A DNA stretch of 64,000 nucleotides from Thermoanaerobaculia bacterium (lineage in GTDB: Bacteria; Acidobacteriota; Thermoanaerobaculia; UBA5066; Gp7-AA6). The stretch is from the NCBI GenBank assembly GCA_036505815.1, contig DASXSX010000064.1, forward strand, positions 8,895-72,894, given 5' to 3'. The notes beneath the pieces were generated by a model. It was not told the DNA's origin. It did no database searches and worked only from the letters and a program-made list of their open reading frames with translations. Below, one piece after another: positions 47,714 to 57,270 of this stretch (position 1 is the first letter of the stretch; every line of letters starts with the position of its first letter). Made by a program: the position numbers and the translations under genes.

Positions 47714-49494
47714 GGAGCGACCACGAGCTCCGCCGGCGTCGAAGAAAGCGTCGCGGAGAACGTCCTCTCGCCCGCCGGCCACGCCCGCACGATTTCGATC
47801 TCGAGTCGCCCGCTCCAGGCGCTCCGGGAGATGCCGTAGTGAAGCGCGAAGGAATCGGCGCCCTCCCGCTCTTCCGCGAGCGGCGTCGCGGCGCTCCAGC
47901 AAACGGCGTCGAGGCTTGCCGTCGCTCCCTCGAGCCGGCCCCGCCAGCCGGCCTCGCCGATCGGACGGAAACGCTCCGGGGCGCGCGCGTCCCGGCACGA
48001 AAAGACGGGTCGCGGATTGCCGGCGCCGTGCGGCTCGAAGCGCCCGAGGTGTCCCAGGATCTCATCGGAGATTTCCTCGAGTGGAAGCTCGACTTCGGCG
48101 GTCTCGCGGCGAACGAGTTGCTCCCGCGGCACGCGCTCCGCGAAGAGCCGCCGCGCTTCCTCGCGAAATGCGGCGAAACCGTCGCAGGCGAGGGTGCCGC
48201 CGACGGCCTGGTCGTGCCCGCCGAAATCCAGGAAGCGGTGACGGAGATCTTTCAACGTGGCGTGGAGCGACACGCCCGGGATGCTCCTTCCCGAGCCGTG
48301 CGCCCGCTCTCCTTCGAGGGCGAAGAGGAGAACCGGGCGGTTGTATTCCCGTGCGAGCCGGGAAGCGGCGATTCCGAGCACGCCCCGGTGCCAGGACGGA
48401 TCGGCTTCGACCAGCAACACGTCGCGGTCGGGATCGAAGGATTTCGCGATCCGCTCCCTCGCCTCCGCGAAGACGCGGCGCTCGATCGCCTGGCGCAGGG
48501 CGTTCTCGGCGCAGAGCTCGCGGGCGATCTCGGCGCCCCGGGCGGGATCCCGCTCCTCGAACAGCGCCAGCGCGCGCTCGGCCGTGTCGAGTCGTCCGGC
48601 GGCGTTCAATCGCGGCGCGATTCGGAAGGCGACCTCCTCGGACGTGGGCGCCCGCCCCGGCTCGATTCCGCAGGCTTCGAGCAGAGCGGCGAGCCCGGGC
48701 GCGCGCGGGCGCGCCAGCGCCGCGAGGCCGAGCGCCGCGATCGCGCGATTCTCGCCGGTCAGCGGCACGATGTCGGCGATCGTGCCGAGGCAGGCCGCTC
48801 GCAGGAGCGACTCCCGGGAAAGTCCGACCCCGGCGCTCCGGGCGATCGCTTCGGCGAGCTTGAAGGCGATCCCGGAGCCCGAGAGCTCCTTGTACGGATA
48901 GGGACAGCCCGGCTGTCTCGGGTTGACGACCACCGCGCCTTCCGGGAGCTTTTCGGGCACGAGATGGTGGTCGGTCACCACCACTTGGACGCCGGCTTCG
49001 CGGGCGCACGCGACGCCTTCCGCTGCCGTGATCCCGCAGTCGACCGTGACGATCACCGACGGCGAGAGCTCGGCGAGGACGCGCCGCACCGTGTCGGGGC
49101 GCAGACCGTATCCGTCCTTCAACCGATGGGGAATGAACGCCACGGCGGGCGCGCCGACCCGGGAGAGCGCCGCCTTCAGCTGCGCCACCGCCGTCACCCC
49201 GTCGACGTCGTAGTCACCGAAGACGACGACACGCCGCCCGCCTCGCGCCGCCGACAGGAGAACGCGGGCGGCCTCGTCCATTCCGAACAGCAGGAAGGGG
49301 TCGTGGATCTGCGACTCGTCCGGGCAAAAGAAGCGATCCGCCTCCTCCGCGGTCGCGATGCCTCGCGAGGAGAGCAGACCGGCGATGACGCGCGGAACTC
49401 CGGCCTGCCGGGCCAGGACGTCGGCCGGGTCGGTCGGACGAGCCGCTTCGAGCGTCGGGAAGAGGCCGGCGGTCACGGTGGAAATCGGTTCCAT
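47710..49494 (-). CDS. recJ: Single-stranded-DNA-specific exonuclease RecJ
   Basis: DHH motifs VVVFGDYDVDGVT, VTVDCG, VVTDHH, plus DHHA1 GGHDQAVG. Confidence 0.93.
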   Translation of the reverse strand: MEPISTVTAGLFPTLEAARPTDPADVLARQAGVPRVIAGLLSSRGIATAEEADRFFCPDESQIHDPFLLFGMDEAARVLLSAARGGRRVVVFGDYDVDGVTAVAQLKAALSRVGAPAVAFIPHRLKDGYGLRPDTVRRVLAELSPSVIVTVDCGITAAEGVACAREAGVQVVVTDHHLVPEKLPEGAVVVNPRQPGCPYPYKELSGSGIAFKLAEAIARSAGVGLSRESLLRAACLGTIADIVPLTGENRAIAALGLAALARPRAPGLAALLEACGIEPGRAPTSEEVAFRIAPRLNAAGRLDTAERALALFEERDPARGAEIARELCAENALRQAIERRVFAEARERIAKSFDPDRDVLLVEADPSWHRGVLGIAASRLAREYNRPVLLFALEGERAHGSGRSIPGVSLHATLKDLRHRFLDFGGHDQAVGGTLACDGFAAFREEARRLFAERVPREQLVRRETAEVELPLEEISDEILGHLGRFEPHGAGNPRPVFSCRDARAPERFRPIGEAGWRGRLEGATASLDAVCWSAATPLAEEREGADSFALHYGISRSAWSGRLEIEIVRAWPAGERTFSATLSSTPAELVVAP

Positions 49495-49542
49495 GTCCTG
49501 AGGATCTCCGAATGGTGGGACAAATGGAGTCCCCCGATCGAA

Positions 49543-50505
49543 CTACCCGCTCGGCTGCTCCTCGTGCCGTCCCATCGCCCGAAACTTGCGATACCGGCGC
49601 TCGCGTCGCTCCTCGCGAGTCAGGTCGGACACGTCCTTCAAGTGGCGCTCGATCGCCTCCCCCACCGCCGCGGTCGCGCCGGTCGGGTCCGCGTGCGCCC
49701 CGCCCGGCGGCTCCGGGATGATCTCGTCGATGATGTCGAACTCCTTCAGGTCCCCCGCCGTCAGGCGAAGAGCTTCCGCCGCCTCCTTCTTGCGCGAAGC
49801 GTCCTTCCAGAGGATGGCCGCGCAGCCTTCCGGCGAGATGACCGAATAGATCGCGTGCTCCAGCATCAGGATCCGGTCGCCGAGACTGAGCGCGAGAGCT
49901 CCGCCGGAACCCCCCTCTCCCGTGACGATGACGATGATCGGCACGCGGAAGCTCGCCATCGTGCGCAGGTTGACGGCGATCGCCTCCGCCTGCCCGCGCT
50001 CTTCGGCGTCGATGCCGGGATACGCGCCCGCGGTGTCCACGAACGAGAGGATGGGCCGGTCGAATTTGTCGGCGAGGCGCATCACCCGGAGCGCCTTTCG
50101 GAAGCCTTCCGGACGCGGCATCCCAAAGTTTCTCCGGATTTTTTCCTTCGTGTCCCGCCCCTTCTGATGGCCGACGACGGCGACCGGCCGCCCGCGAAAC
50201 CGCGCGACGCCGGCCACGACCGCGGGGTCGTCGGCGAAATTGCGATCCCCGTGGAGCTCGACGAAGTCCGTCATGAGCGCTCCGATGTAGTCGAGGGTGT
50301 AGGGACGGGCCGGATGCCGGGCAACCAGCGTCTTCTGCCAGGGCGTCAGGCTCGCATAGATCTCCCTCGAAACGCGCTCCAACTTCTCGCGCAGACGCTC
50401 GATCTCCTTGCGGTGGGCGGCGTCGTCGGGGAGCGCCGCGAGCTCTTCGATCCGCCGCCGCAGGCGCAGGATCGGCTCTTCGAACTGCCCGTCTTCGCCG
50501 TTCAT
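49543..50505 (-). CDS. accA: Acetyl-CoA carboxylase carboxyltransferase alpha subunit
   Basis: [22 protein letters not shown]...[10 protein letters not shown]...[10 protein letters not shown]...[13 protein letters not shown] 50505; the upstream part of the track ORF is non-coding. Confidence 0.95.
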   Translation of the reverse strand: MNGEDGQFEEPILRLRRRIEELAALPDDAAHRKEIERLREKLERVSREIYASLTPWQKTLVARHPARPYTLDYIGALMTDFVELHGDRNFADDPAVVAGVARFRGRPVAVVGHQKGRDTKEKIRRNFGMPRPEGFRKALRVMRLADKFDRPILSFVDTAGAYPGIDAEERGQAEAIAVNLRTMASFRVPIIVIVTGEGGSGGALALSLGDRILMLEHAIYSVISPEGCAAILWKDASRKKEAAEALRLTAGDLKEFDIIDEIIPEPPGGAHADPTGATAAVGEAIERHLKDVSDLTREERRERRYRKFRAMGRHEEQPSG

Positions 50506-50548
50506 TTCGTTGGATTGTAGCGGCTGGACTCCCCTTGGGTCCCCAGTC

Positions 50549-52972
50549 TTACATGAGATCCTGCGGGTCGACGTCGACCGCGACCTGCACGCCGGAAGGA
50601 GGCCGTTCCCGGATCGACTCTTCCAAGAGCGATAGGATGGCGGCGCGGTCGGGAGCACGCAGGAGGATCTGGAACCGCCATCTCCCCTGCAGCCGCTCGA
50701 TCGGCGCCGGCGCCGGGCCGGAGATTCGCACCGGCTTTCCGCGGGCGGCAGCGGCGAGTGTGCGGCCGGTCTCTTTGCCGACTTCCTCGGCTCTTTCCCG
50801 GTTCGGTGAAGAAACGAGGACCGCCGCCAGCTCGGCGAACGGCGGATAGAAGAACGTGCGGCGGAACTCGAGCTCGTGGCCCGCGAACCCGTCCACGTCA
50901 TGGGCCGCGGCGCGGAGGATCGCGGGATGACCCGGGTGAAACGTCTGGACGTGGACCGTGCCGGGCACGTCTCCTCGACCGGCGCGCCCCGCCACCTGAG
51001 AGAGGAGCTGGAAGGTCTTCTCCGCCGCTCGAAAGTCCGGGAAGTTCAGGATCGAGTCGGCGGAGAGGACTCCGACGGCGGTCACGTTGGGGAAGTCGTG
51101 CCCCTTGGCGACCATCTGGGTTCCGATCAGGCAGCGAGCGCGGCCGGAAAGGACGTCGTCGACGACCGCCTCGACCCCGCGGCGGCGCGCCGCGTCCCGG
51201 TCGAGGATCGTCCAGGGCACGTCGGGGAAGAGCTCCGCGAAACGCTCCGCGACGCGCTCTGTGCCCGCCCCGATTGCCTCGAGAAGAGAGCCGCCGCACT
51301 CCGGACAACGTTCCGGCCGCGGGACCCTCTCGCCGCAGTAGTGGCAGACGAGCCGCCGTCCGCGGTCGTGCACGGTTCGCGAGACGCTGCAGCGGGAGCA
51401 GCGAAAGTCGAAGCCGCACTCGCGGCACAGGAGAAACGGAGCGAAACCGCGGCGCGGCTGAAGGAGGATCGCCTGCTCGCCGCGGCCGAACGTCTCCCGC
51501 AGGCGCTCGAGGAGCGGTGCGGAGAAGAGCGGGACACCCTTCTCCTCCGGGCTCGACTTTTCCCGGCGAAGGTCGACGATCGCCACCTGAGGCAGCGGCC
51601 GCGACTCGACCCGCGCCGTCAGAACGAGCAATGCCATCCGGCCGGTCCGCGCCGCGTGATACGCCTCCATCGACGGCGTCGCCGACCCCATGACGAGCGC
51701 GGCCCCGTTGGCCTTCGCGCGAATGGCCGCGACTTCCCGCGCGTCGTAACGCGGGTTCTCGCGTTGCTTGTACGAGGAGTCGTGCTCCTCGTCGACCACG
51801 AAGAGTCCCGGATCCGCCACGGGCGCGAACGCGGCGGATCGGGGGCCGATCACGATCGGCGCGTCGCCCGCGCGCACGCGATCCCACGCCCGTGCGCGCT
51901 CGCCTTCCGAGAGCGCCGAGTGGAGCACGGCGGCGCGCTCGCCGAACTGCCGGGTGAGCTGCCTCGCGAACACCGGCGTCAACGCGATCTCGGGAACGAG
52001 CCACACGGCGCCCCGGCCGAGGTCCCGGGCGGCGGCGATCGCCCGCAGGTAGATTTCCGTCTTGCCGCTGCCCGTCACCCCCTGGAGGAGCGCCGGAAGG
52101 TAACGGCGCTCTCGAATTGCCGATCGGATCGTCTCGAGCGCCCGCGACTGCTCTCCAGTTAGAACGAGCTCCGGCAGGCGGTGGAGAGCGGGCGCCGAGA
52201 GCGACGGTTCGTCTTTTTCGAGCTGCTCGAAGGTGAGGAGGAGCCCCTTTTGCGCGAGCGCCCGCGCGACCGAGGGCCCGGCGCCGGTGGCGAGCCGGAT
52301 TTCCGCCGCGGTCGCCGGCCGCCCCAGCGCTTCGAGCCAGGCGATCGCCTCCCGGCCGCGCCGGCTGCGGCCGAGTATCCTTTCGCGCTCCGCGGGATCG
52401 ACGCGGCTCGGGAGGTAGGCGAGAACCGGCCGGCGGGTCTTCACGCGCTCGCGGGAGACCGCGCGGATCCACCCCTTCTCCTCGAGCGCCCGCACGGTTT
52501 CGCGCCGGGGACGCGCTTGCTGCGGCAGTTCGGCCAACCGAGCGACGCGTCCGTCCGCGAGCGCTTCGAGAAGCGGGCGCACGTCCGGATCCGCCCGCGC
52601 CGCAGCGAGAGCGCCCTTCTCGGTGATCCGGTATCGAACCGATCCAGTCGCCGGGAGCCGGGCTGGCAGCGCGCTCTTGAAGATCTCGCCTTGCGCCGCG
52701 AAGAATCGGTGGGCGACTTTCGCCGCGGTCTCCAGCATCTCGGGCGGACACACCGGAAGGTCGTCCAGCACTTCGAGCACGTCCCGCAGCGAGCCGCCTT
52801 CCTCTCCGGTTGTTCCGTTCGATACGACGACTCCCGTCAGGACCCGTTCTCCGAACGGGACCCGAACGCGCGTGCCGGGAGCGGGCATGGGAAGCGTTTC
52901 CGGCACTCGGTACGTGAAGTTCTTCCGGATCGGGAGCGGCAGAGCGACCGAGACCGCGCGCATCGGGCGCAC
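50549..52972 (-). CDS. priA: Primosomal protein N' (replication restart helicase PriA)
   Basis: Walker [17 protein letters not shown] box, zinc-binding [13 protein letters not shown]...CHYCG...CPECG. Confidence 0.95.
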   Translation of the reverse strand: MRPMRAVSVALPLPIRKNFTYRVPETLPMPAPGTRVRVPFGERVLTGVVVSNGTTGEEGGSLRDVLEVLDDLPVCPPEMLETAAKVAHRFFAAQGEIFKSALPARLPATGSVRYRITEKGALAAARADPDVRPLLEALADGRVARLAELPQQARPRRETVRALEEKGWIRAVSRERVKTRRPVLAYLPSRVDPAERERILGRSRRGREAIAWLEALGRPATAAEIRLATGAGPSVARALAQKGLLLTFEQLEKDEPSLSAPALHRLPELVLTGEQSRALETIRSAIRERRYLPALLQGVTGSGKTEIYLRAIAAARDLGRGAVWLVPEIALTPVFARQLTRQFGERAAVLHSALSEGERARAWDRVRAGDAPIVIGPRSAAFAPVADPGLFVVDEEHDSSYKQRENPRYDAREVAAIRAKANGAALVMGSATPSMEAYHAARTGRMALLVLTARVESRPLPQVAIVDLRREKSSPEEKGVPLFSAPLLERLRETFGRGEQAILLQPRRGFAPFLLCRECGFDFRCSRCSVSRTVHDRGRRLVCHYCGERVPRPERCPECGGSLLEAIGAGTERVAERFAELFPDVPWTILDRDAARRRGVEAVVDDVLSGRARCLIGTQMVAKGHDFPNVTAVGVLSADSILNFPDFRAAEKTFQLLSQVAGRAGRGDVPGTVHVQTFHPGHPAILRAAAHDVDGFAGHELEFRRTFFYPPFAELAAVLVSSPNRERAEEVGKETGRTLAAAARGKPVRISGPAPAPIERLQGRWRFQILLRAPDRAAILSLLEESIRERPPSGVQVAVDVDPQDLM

Positions 52973-53035
52973 TCTACTCGTCGCGGGGACAGGTCCCGCG
53001 GACCTGCGCCCGCCTTCTGACTCGGGACTTGGGTC

Positions 53036-53677
53036 TTACGTCTGCGCGGCCGGCATGCGCTCCTCTTCCCCGGTCTCGTCGCGGACGAACACGTAGGACC
53101 GGCGGATCGGATCCCACCGGTACCGGCGGACGCTCCCCTCTTCGTCCAAATCCGGAGTGATCACGATCGAGTCGCGGTCCACGGCGAGGTCCCCGTCCGC
53201 AAGCGAGACGTCGCGCTCGAGGAACGTCCCCGGCGCGAACCCCGAGTGCTCCTTTCCGGTGAAGACCACGATCGAGAACCACGGCGAATCCCCGTCCGAG
53301 TCGCGCCTCACGAAGGCGAGGACGAAGTCGAGGATTCCGTCGTCGTTGACGTCCCCGCGGAGGAAGTAGGGGTGGTAGACGCCGTAGAGCTTCCGGTAGT
53401 CGGTCGACTCCGAGGAGCGGCGATCGCCGTCGGTCGCCACGCGAAGATCAGGGTTCGTGCGCAGGAATGCGTCCACGGCGGCCCGCTCCTCGCGCCGGAA
53501 GGGATAGCCCGAGTCCGGGCTCGCCGCGGCCGGCCGGGAAACCCGGGCCAGATCCGGAGAGGTCCTCTCCGCGCGTTCCTGCCGACAGGCCGCCAAGCTT
53601 CCCGCGAGCCCGAAGCCGGCGAGCAGGGCCGCCAGGGCCGCGAGTCGCCGGGACGTGGGAGCCGAGCCGCGGGTCAG
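53036..53677 (-). CDS. Hypothetical lipoprotein; start probably CTG
   Basis: Lipobox LAGSLAAC after RRLAALAALLAGFG. DVNDDGILDF (FG-GAP/EF-hand-like loop). The only in-frame NTG ahead of the signal peptide is CTG 53677, which overlaps the sod stop (CTGA). Confidence 0.55.
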   Translation of the reverse strand: MTRGSAPTSRRLAALAALLAGFGLAGSLAACRQERAERTSPDLARVSRPAAASPDSGYPFRREERAAVDAFLRTNPDLRVATDGDRRSSESTDYRKLYGVYHPYFLRGDVNDDGILDFVLAFVRRDSDGDSPWFSIVVFTGKEHSGFAPGTFLERDVSLADGDLAVDRDSIVITPDLDEEGSVRRYRWDPIRRSYVFVRDETGEEERMPAAQT

Positions 53678-54294
53678 GCGGCGCGCGCCCGCCGGGTCGC
53701 CTCCTCGAGACGATCCGCGACGACCTGCCAGTTCACGTTCTGCAGGAACGCCGTGAGATAGGACTTCTTGTCCGTCCCGAAGTCGATCATGAACGCGTGT
53801 TCCCACGTGTCGAGCGCGAGCAGGTGCTCCTGGTTGATCATGATGCCGTTCGAGTGCTCCCACACCTGGTTGTGATGGAGCTTCCCGTCGATCCGGTCGT
53901 AGGTCAGGAGGACCCAGCCGCCGGTCGCTGTCTCCGCGCATGCCCTCAGATCTTCTTCCCAGTTCGACTGGTTTCCGAACGCCCCCTCGATCGCGCGCGT
54001 CAAATCCGCCTTCGGCTTGCTGCGCGCCCCGCCAAGATTGTCGAAGTACATCTCGTGCAGGTAGACGCCATTGTAGGGCACCGACTCGCGGCGCTTCAGC
54101 TCGGAGTACTTCCCGAAGGAGAAGTTCGCCTTGTCTTTACGTTCGGCGAACGGGATCTTCTCCATTTCCGTCCGGATTTCATTGATCTTCTTGACGTACC
54201 CTTGATAAAGCTTGATGTGCTGTTCGATCTGCCTGGGTGAGAAGCCCTCCAGGTTTCCCACCAGGTGGTCATACTTCTTCGCTTCGATTGCCAT
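53674..54294 (-). CDS. Fe/Mn superoxide dismutase family protein (divergent N-terminal domain)
   Basis: C-terminal DTWEHAFM (Asp/His ligands) and LHEMYF (second His ligand). The N-terminal IEQHIKLYQGYV replaces the usual IHHTKHHQTYV. GGAGGA lies upstream of ATG 54294. Confidence 0.8.
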   Translation of the reverse strand: MAIEAKKYDHLVGNLEGFSPRQIEQHIKLYQGYVKKINEIRTEMEKIPFAERKDKANFSFGKYSELKRRESVPYNGVYLHEMYFDNLGGARSKPKADLTRAIEGAFGNQSNWEEDLRACAETATGGWVLLTYDRIDGKLHHNQVWEHSNGIMINQEHLLALDTWEHAFMIDFGTDKKSYLTAFLQNVNWQVVADRLEEATRRARAA

Positions 54295-54421
54295 CGGTCC
54301 TCCTTCTGCGGCGTCACACGGTCGAGCGCAATCCCGTCGGTGCGCCGAAAGATGCTAGTGTTGCAAAGCGCGTGCGAGAGACTTCGCGTCCACGCTGCAG
54401 CTTAGCAGCCCAGGAGACGCT

Positions 54422-55804
54422 CTGAGACAGGAGAAGGACAGCCTCGGGGTGCGCGAAATTCCGGACGAAGCCTACTGGGGCGCGCAGACCTCGCGGGCGA
54501 TCGACAACTATCCGATTTCGGGCGAGCGCGCCCATCCCGAGATGATCCGCGCCTACGCCCGCATCAAGAAGGCGTGCGCCGAGACGAACCTTGAGATGGG
54601 GCGGCTCGACTCCGCCCTCGTGCGCGTGATCGTCCAGGCCTGCGACGAGATCCTGGCCGGAAAGCACCACGAGCAGTTCGTCGTGGACGTCTATCAGGCG
54701 GGCGCCGGCGTGTCGTTCCACATGAACGTCAACGAGACGATCGCCGGCCGCGCGGCCGAGATCCTGGGCAAGCCCCGGGGGGATCGTTCGTCGGTCCATC
54801 CGAACGACCACGTCAACCTCGGGCAGTCCACTAACGACACCTTCTCGACCGCCCTCCACCTCGCGGCGCTCGCGGTGGGGCGCAAGCTGTCCCCCGAGAT
54901 CGGCCTCCTGGCCGACGCCTTCGCGCGCAAGGGACAGGAATTCCGGGGCGTCGTCAAGTCGGGGCGTACACATCTGATGGACGCGGTGCCGGTGACGCTC
55001 GGGCAGGAGTTCCGCGCTTATGCCTCGGCCCTTGCGCGGCGCCGCGCCGTGATCGATCGCGCTCTGGACGGCCTGACCGAGATCGCGCTCGGAGGAACTG
55101 CGGCCGGAACCGGATTGAACACGCCGCCGGGATTCCGCGAGAAGGCGATCGGGCGTCTCTCCGCGATGACCGGCGAGAACCTCCGGCCGGCGGCCGATCC
55201 GCGGGAGGCGCTGCAGAGCCGGGCGGCGGCCGGCGACTATTCCGCCGCACTCCGGGCCTTCGCCGTGGAGCTCGGCCGGATCGCCAACGACCTCCGTCTC
55301 CTCGCGTCCGGGCCGGTCACGGGCTTCGACGAAATCCGGCTGCCGGCCGTGCAGCCGGGCTCCTCGATCATGCCGGGCAAGGTCAACCCGGCCATCCTCG
55401 AGTGCGCCAACATGCTGTGCTTCCAGGTGGTCGGCTTCGACACCGCGAACATGCTCGCGGTCGGCGGCGGCCAGCTGGACCTGAACGTCATGATGCCGCT
55501 TCTCGCCTACAACCTGACGAAGGGACCCCAGCTCCTCGTCAACTTCCTTCCGGTCGTGCGGGAGCGCTCGATCGACGGCATCACGGCCAACGTCGAAAAA
55601 TGCCGGCAATACCTCGAGGAGTCCCCGTCGGTCGTGACTGCGCTGACTCCGCGGATCGGGTACGCGCCGGCCGCCGAAGTCTTCAAGGAAGCCGTATCGC
55701 GCGGCGTGCGCGTCAAGCAGGTGCTGCTCGAGAAGAAGATTTTGACCGAGGAAGAGCTCGCGGCCGCCATGACGCCGGAGGCGCTCCTGGGACCGCTCGA
55801 ATGA
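54422..55804 (+). CDS. aspA: Aspartate ammonia-lyase (fumarase/aspartase superfamily)
   Basis: GSSIMPGKVNP signature and VDVYQAGAGVSFHMNVNE (aspartase-like rather than fumarase QTGSGTQ). Start placed at CTG 54422, 5 nt after AGGAG, because in-frame RQEKDSLGVREIPDEAYWG matches the aspartase N-terminus. The track starts at GTG 54449. Confidence 0.85.
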   Translation: MRQEKDSLGVREIPDEAYWGAQTSRAIDNYPISGERAHPEMIRAYARIKKACAETNLEMGRLDSALVRVIVQACDEILAGKHHEQFVVDVYQAGAGVSFHMNVNETIAGRAAEILGKPRGDRSSVHPNDHVNLGQSTNDTFSTALHLAALAVGRKLSPEIGLLADAFARKGQEFRGVVKSGRTHLMDAVPVTLGQEFRAYASALARRRAVIDRALDGLTEIALGGTAAGTGLNTPPGFREKAIGRLSAMTGENLRPAADPREALQSRAAAGDYSAALRAFAVELGRIANDLRLLASGPVTGFDEIRLPAVQPGSSIMPGKVNPAILECANMLCFQVVGFDTANMLAVGGGQLDLNVMMPLLAYNLTKGPQLLVNFLPVVRERSIDGITANVEKCRQYLEESPSVVTALTPRIGYAPAAEVFKEAVSRGVRVKQVLLEKKILTEEELAAAMTPEALLGPLE

Positions 55805-55814
55805 GGAGGTTTCC

Positions 55815-56534
55815 ATGCTGACCTGGCCCCAAGACTGGCAAACCAACGTCACGTTTCTTCTGCGATGGGCGCACTTGCTCGGCGGGATCACCTGGATCGG
55901 CATCCTCTACTGGTTCAACCTCGTCAACGTCAGCTTCCAGAAGGAGGTCGACGCGTCGATCAAGGGGAAGATGAACCCGCCACTCCTCACGCGGTCGCTG
56001 TGGTGGTTCCGCTGGGGAGCGGTTCTGACGGTCGGAACGGGATTGATCTACTACGCGCTCCTCCTGCACACCGAGAAGATCGACGCGAAGCTCGGCATCG
56101 TCCTCGTCGTCTGGATCGTCGCGTGGCTCATCCTCGCGGCGCTCTACCGGATGTCGGTCGCCGGCGGACCGCTGAAGGACGGGCGCGTCCTCGCGGTCGT
56201 CATCGGCGTGATCGTGATCATCACAGCCTGGCTCGTCGTCCCTTCCGTCCGCCAGGGCGGCAGCAACCGCACCATGGCGATCGCCGTCGGCGGAGGGCTC
56301 GGAATCATCATGTTCATGAATGTCTGGATGATCATCTGGCCGCTTCAGAAAAAGATCATTGCGGCGACCCGCGCGACCGCGGAGTCGGGGACGCCGGCGC
56401 CGGCCGAGCTGCCGAAGTGGGCGCGGCGGGCTTTCTTGGCTTCGCGGACGAACGCGTGGCTGTCGATCCCCATGCTCTTCTTCATGGGCGCCGCGAGCCA
56501 CTTCCCGATCTTCGGGACGGCAGTCGCGCCATAA
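55815..56534 (+). CDS. Integral membrane protein, PuuD-like N-terminal membrane domain (function unknown)
   Basis: GAGGAGG before ATG 55815. LLRWAHLLGGITWIGILYWFNLV resembles the membrane domain of urate-hydroxylase-like proteins. Six hydrophobic segments and no cytochrome c motif. Confidence 0.6.
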   Translation: MLTWPQDWQTNVTFLLRWAHLLGGITWIGILYWFNLVNVSFQKEVDASIKGKMNPPLLTRSLWWFRWGAVLTVGTGLIYYALLLHTEKIDAKLGIVLVVWIVAWLILAALYRMSVAGGPLKDGRVLAVVIGVIVIITAWLVVPSVRQGGSNRTMAIAVGGGLGIIMFMNVWMIIWPLQKKIIAATRATAESGTPAPAELPKWARRAFLASRTNAWLSIPMLFFMGAASHFPIFGTAVAP

Positions 56535-56548
56535 AGAACGTTCGTCGC

Positions 56549-56755
56549 CTAAGGCTCGGTCTGCCACGGTCGCTCCCATGGCCGGAGCGACCGCTGGCGC
56601 GCGAGCAGTGGCAGGACGAGCCGCTGGAGCTCGATAACCTCCCGAACCTTCACGCGAAGTGGCAATCGCCGGCGCCTCGCGTGAAACGCCTTTTTCGACG
56701 CGTAAAGAGTCTCCAGGAGGTCGGGACTCGGTCTCGAGTGCGGGGCGGACCTCAT
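56549..56755 (-). CDS. Possible small basic protein (68 aa); may be non-coding
   Basis: The ATG lies 5 nt after the stop of the upstream gene, and third codon positions are GC-rich. However, the 3' third contains a 10-bp perfect hairpin (56567-56593) that could instead be a terminator. Confidence 0.3.
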   Translation of the reverse strand: MRSAPHSRPSPDLLETLYASKKAFHARRRRLPLRVKVREVIELQRLVLPLLARQRSLRPWERPWQTEP

Positions 56756-56760
56756 GTCGG

Positions 56761-57270
56761 TTACAACTTCAGATTAAACCGCGTCAGGAGTTCCTTCAAG
56801 ATATCGTGGTCCAGCGTTCCGGACTCGGCGAGGGCGGCGGCGCGCTCGCGCCGTTTCCGCGTCCGAGCGGAGGGCTCGAGGTAGAGCGCGACGAGGTATT
56901 CGGGGCGAACCACCCTGACCGGCACACCTTCGTAGTCGAGGGTTCGAGCCGTCTCGATGGCCTCATCCGCCAGCTCGTCGTGAGAAGGGAGAAACTGCAC
57001 CGGCACGCTTTCGATCAGAACATGCTCGGCTTCGGAGGCGTAGCCACGGCGAGCAGCCCATTCGTAGATCGGCCCGAGCGTTACGATCGGCCGGTTCTCC
57101 TCGGGAAGAAAGATCAGAACGTCCAGATCGTACGTGGCTACCGGTTCTGTCCAGAAGACGAGGGCCATCGCCCCAGCGATCGCATATTCTTCGATGACAC
57201 CGTCGTTCTTCAGGTCGTTGATCGCTCGCAGAGTGGCCGAGAACGTCGGCGTCGGGCCGGCCGCCGTCAC
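56761..57270 (-). CDS. Small nucleotidyltransferase-fold (Pol-beta/MNT-like) protein
   Basis: IAGAMALVFWTEPVATYDLDVLIF fits hG[GS]-x13-DhDh loosely (GA instead of GS/GG). GTG 57270 overlaps the kinase stop (GTGA). Confidence 0.6.
   Translation of the reverse strand: MTAAGPTPTFSATLRAINDLKNDGVIEEYAIAGAMALVFWTEPVATYDLDVLIFLPEENRPIVTLGPIYEWAARRGYASEAEHVLIESVPVQFLPSHDELADEAIETARTLDYEGVPVRVVRPEYLVALYLEPSARTRKRRERAAALAESGTLDHDILKELLTRFNLKL

Noticed and set aside
47377-50520. 1047-aa plus-strand ORF spanning the recJ/accA region. Similar long ORFs occur at 6127-7194 (-), 11749-13764 (-), 11958-13805 (+), 14216-15823 (-), 20990-22735 (-) and 54314-55903 (-).
   Set aside because: Their translations are monotonous R/G/P/A-rich strings with no recognisable motifs. 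They lie antisense or out of frame to genes with clear family signatures. These are the shadow ORFs expected in GC-rich DNA.
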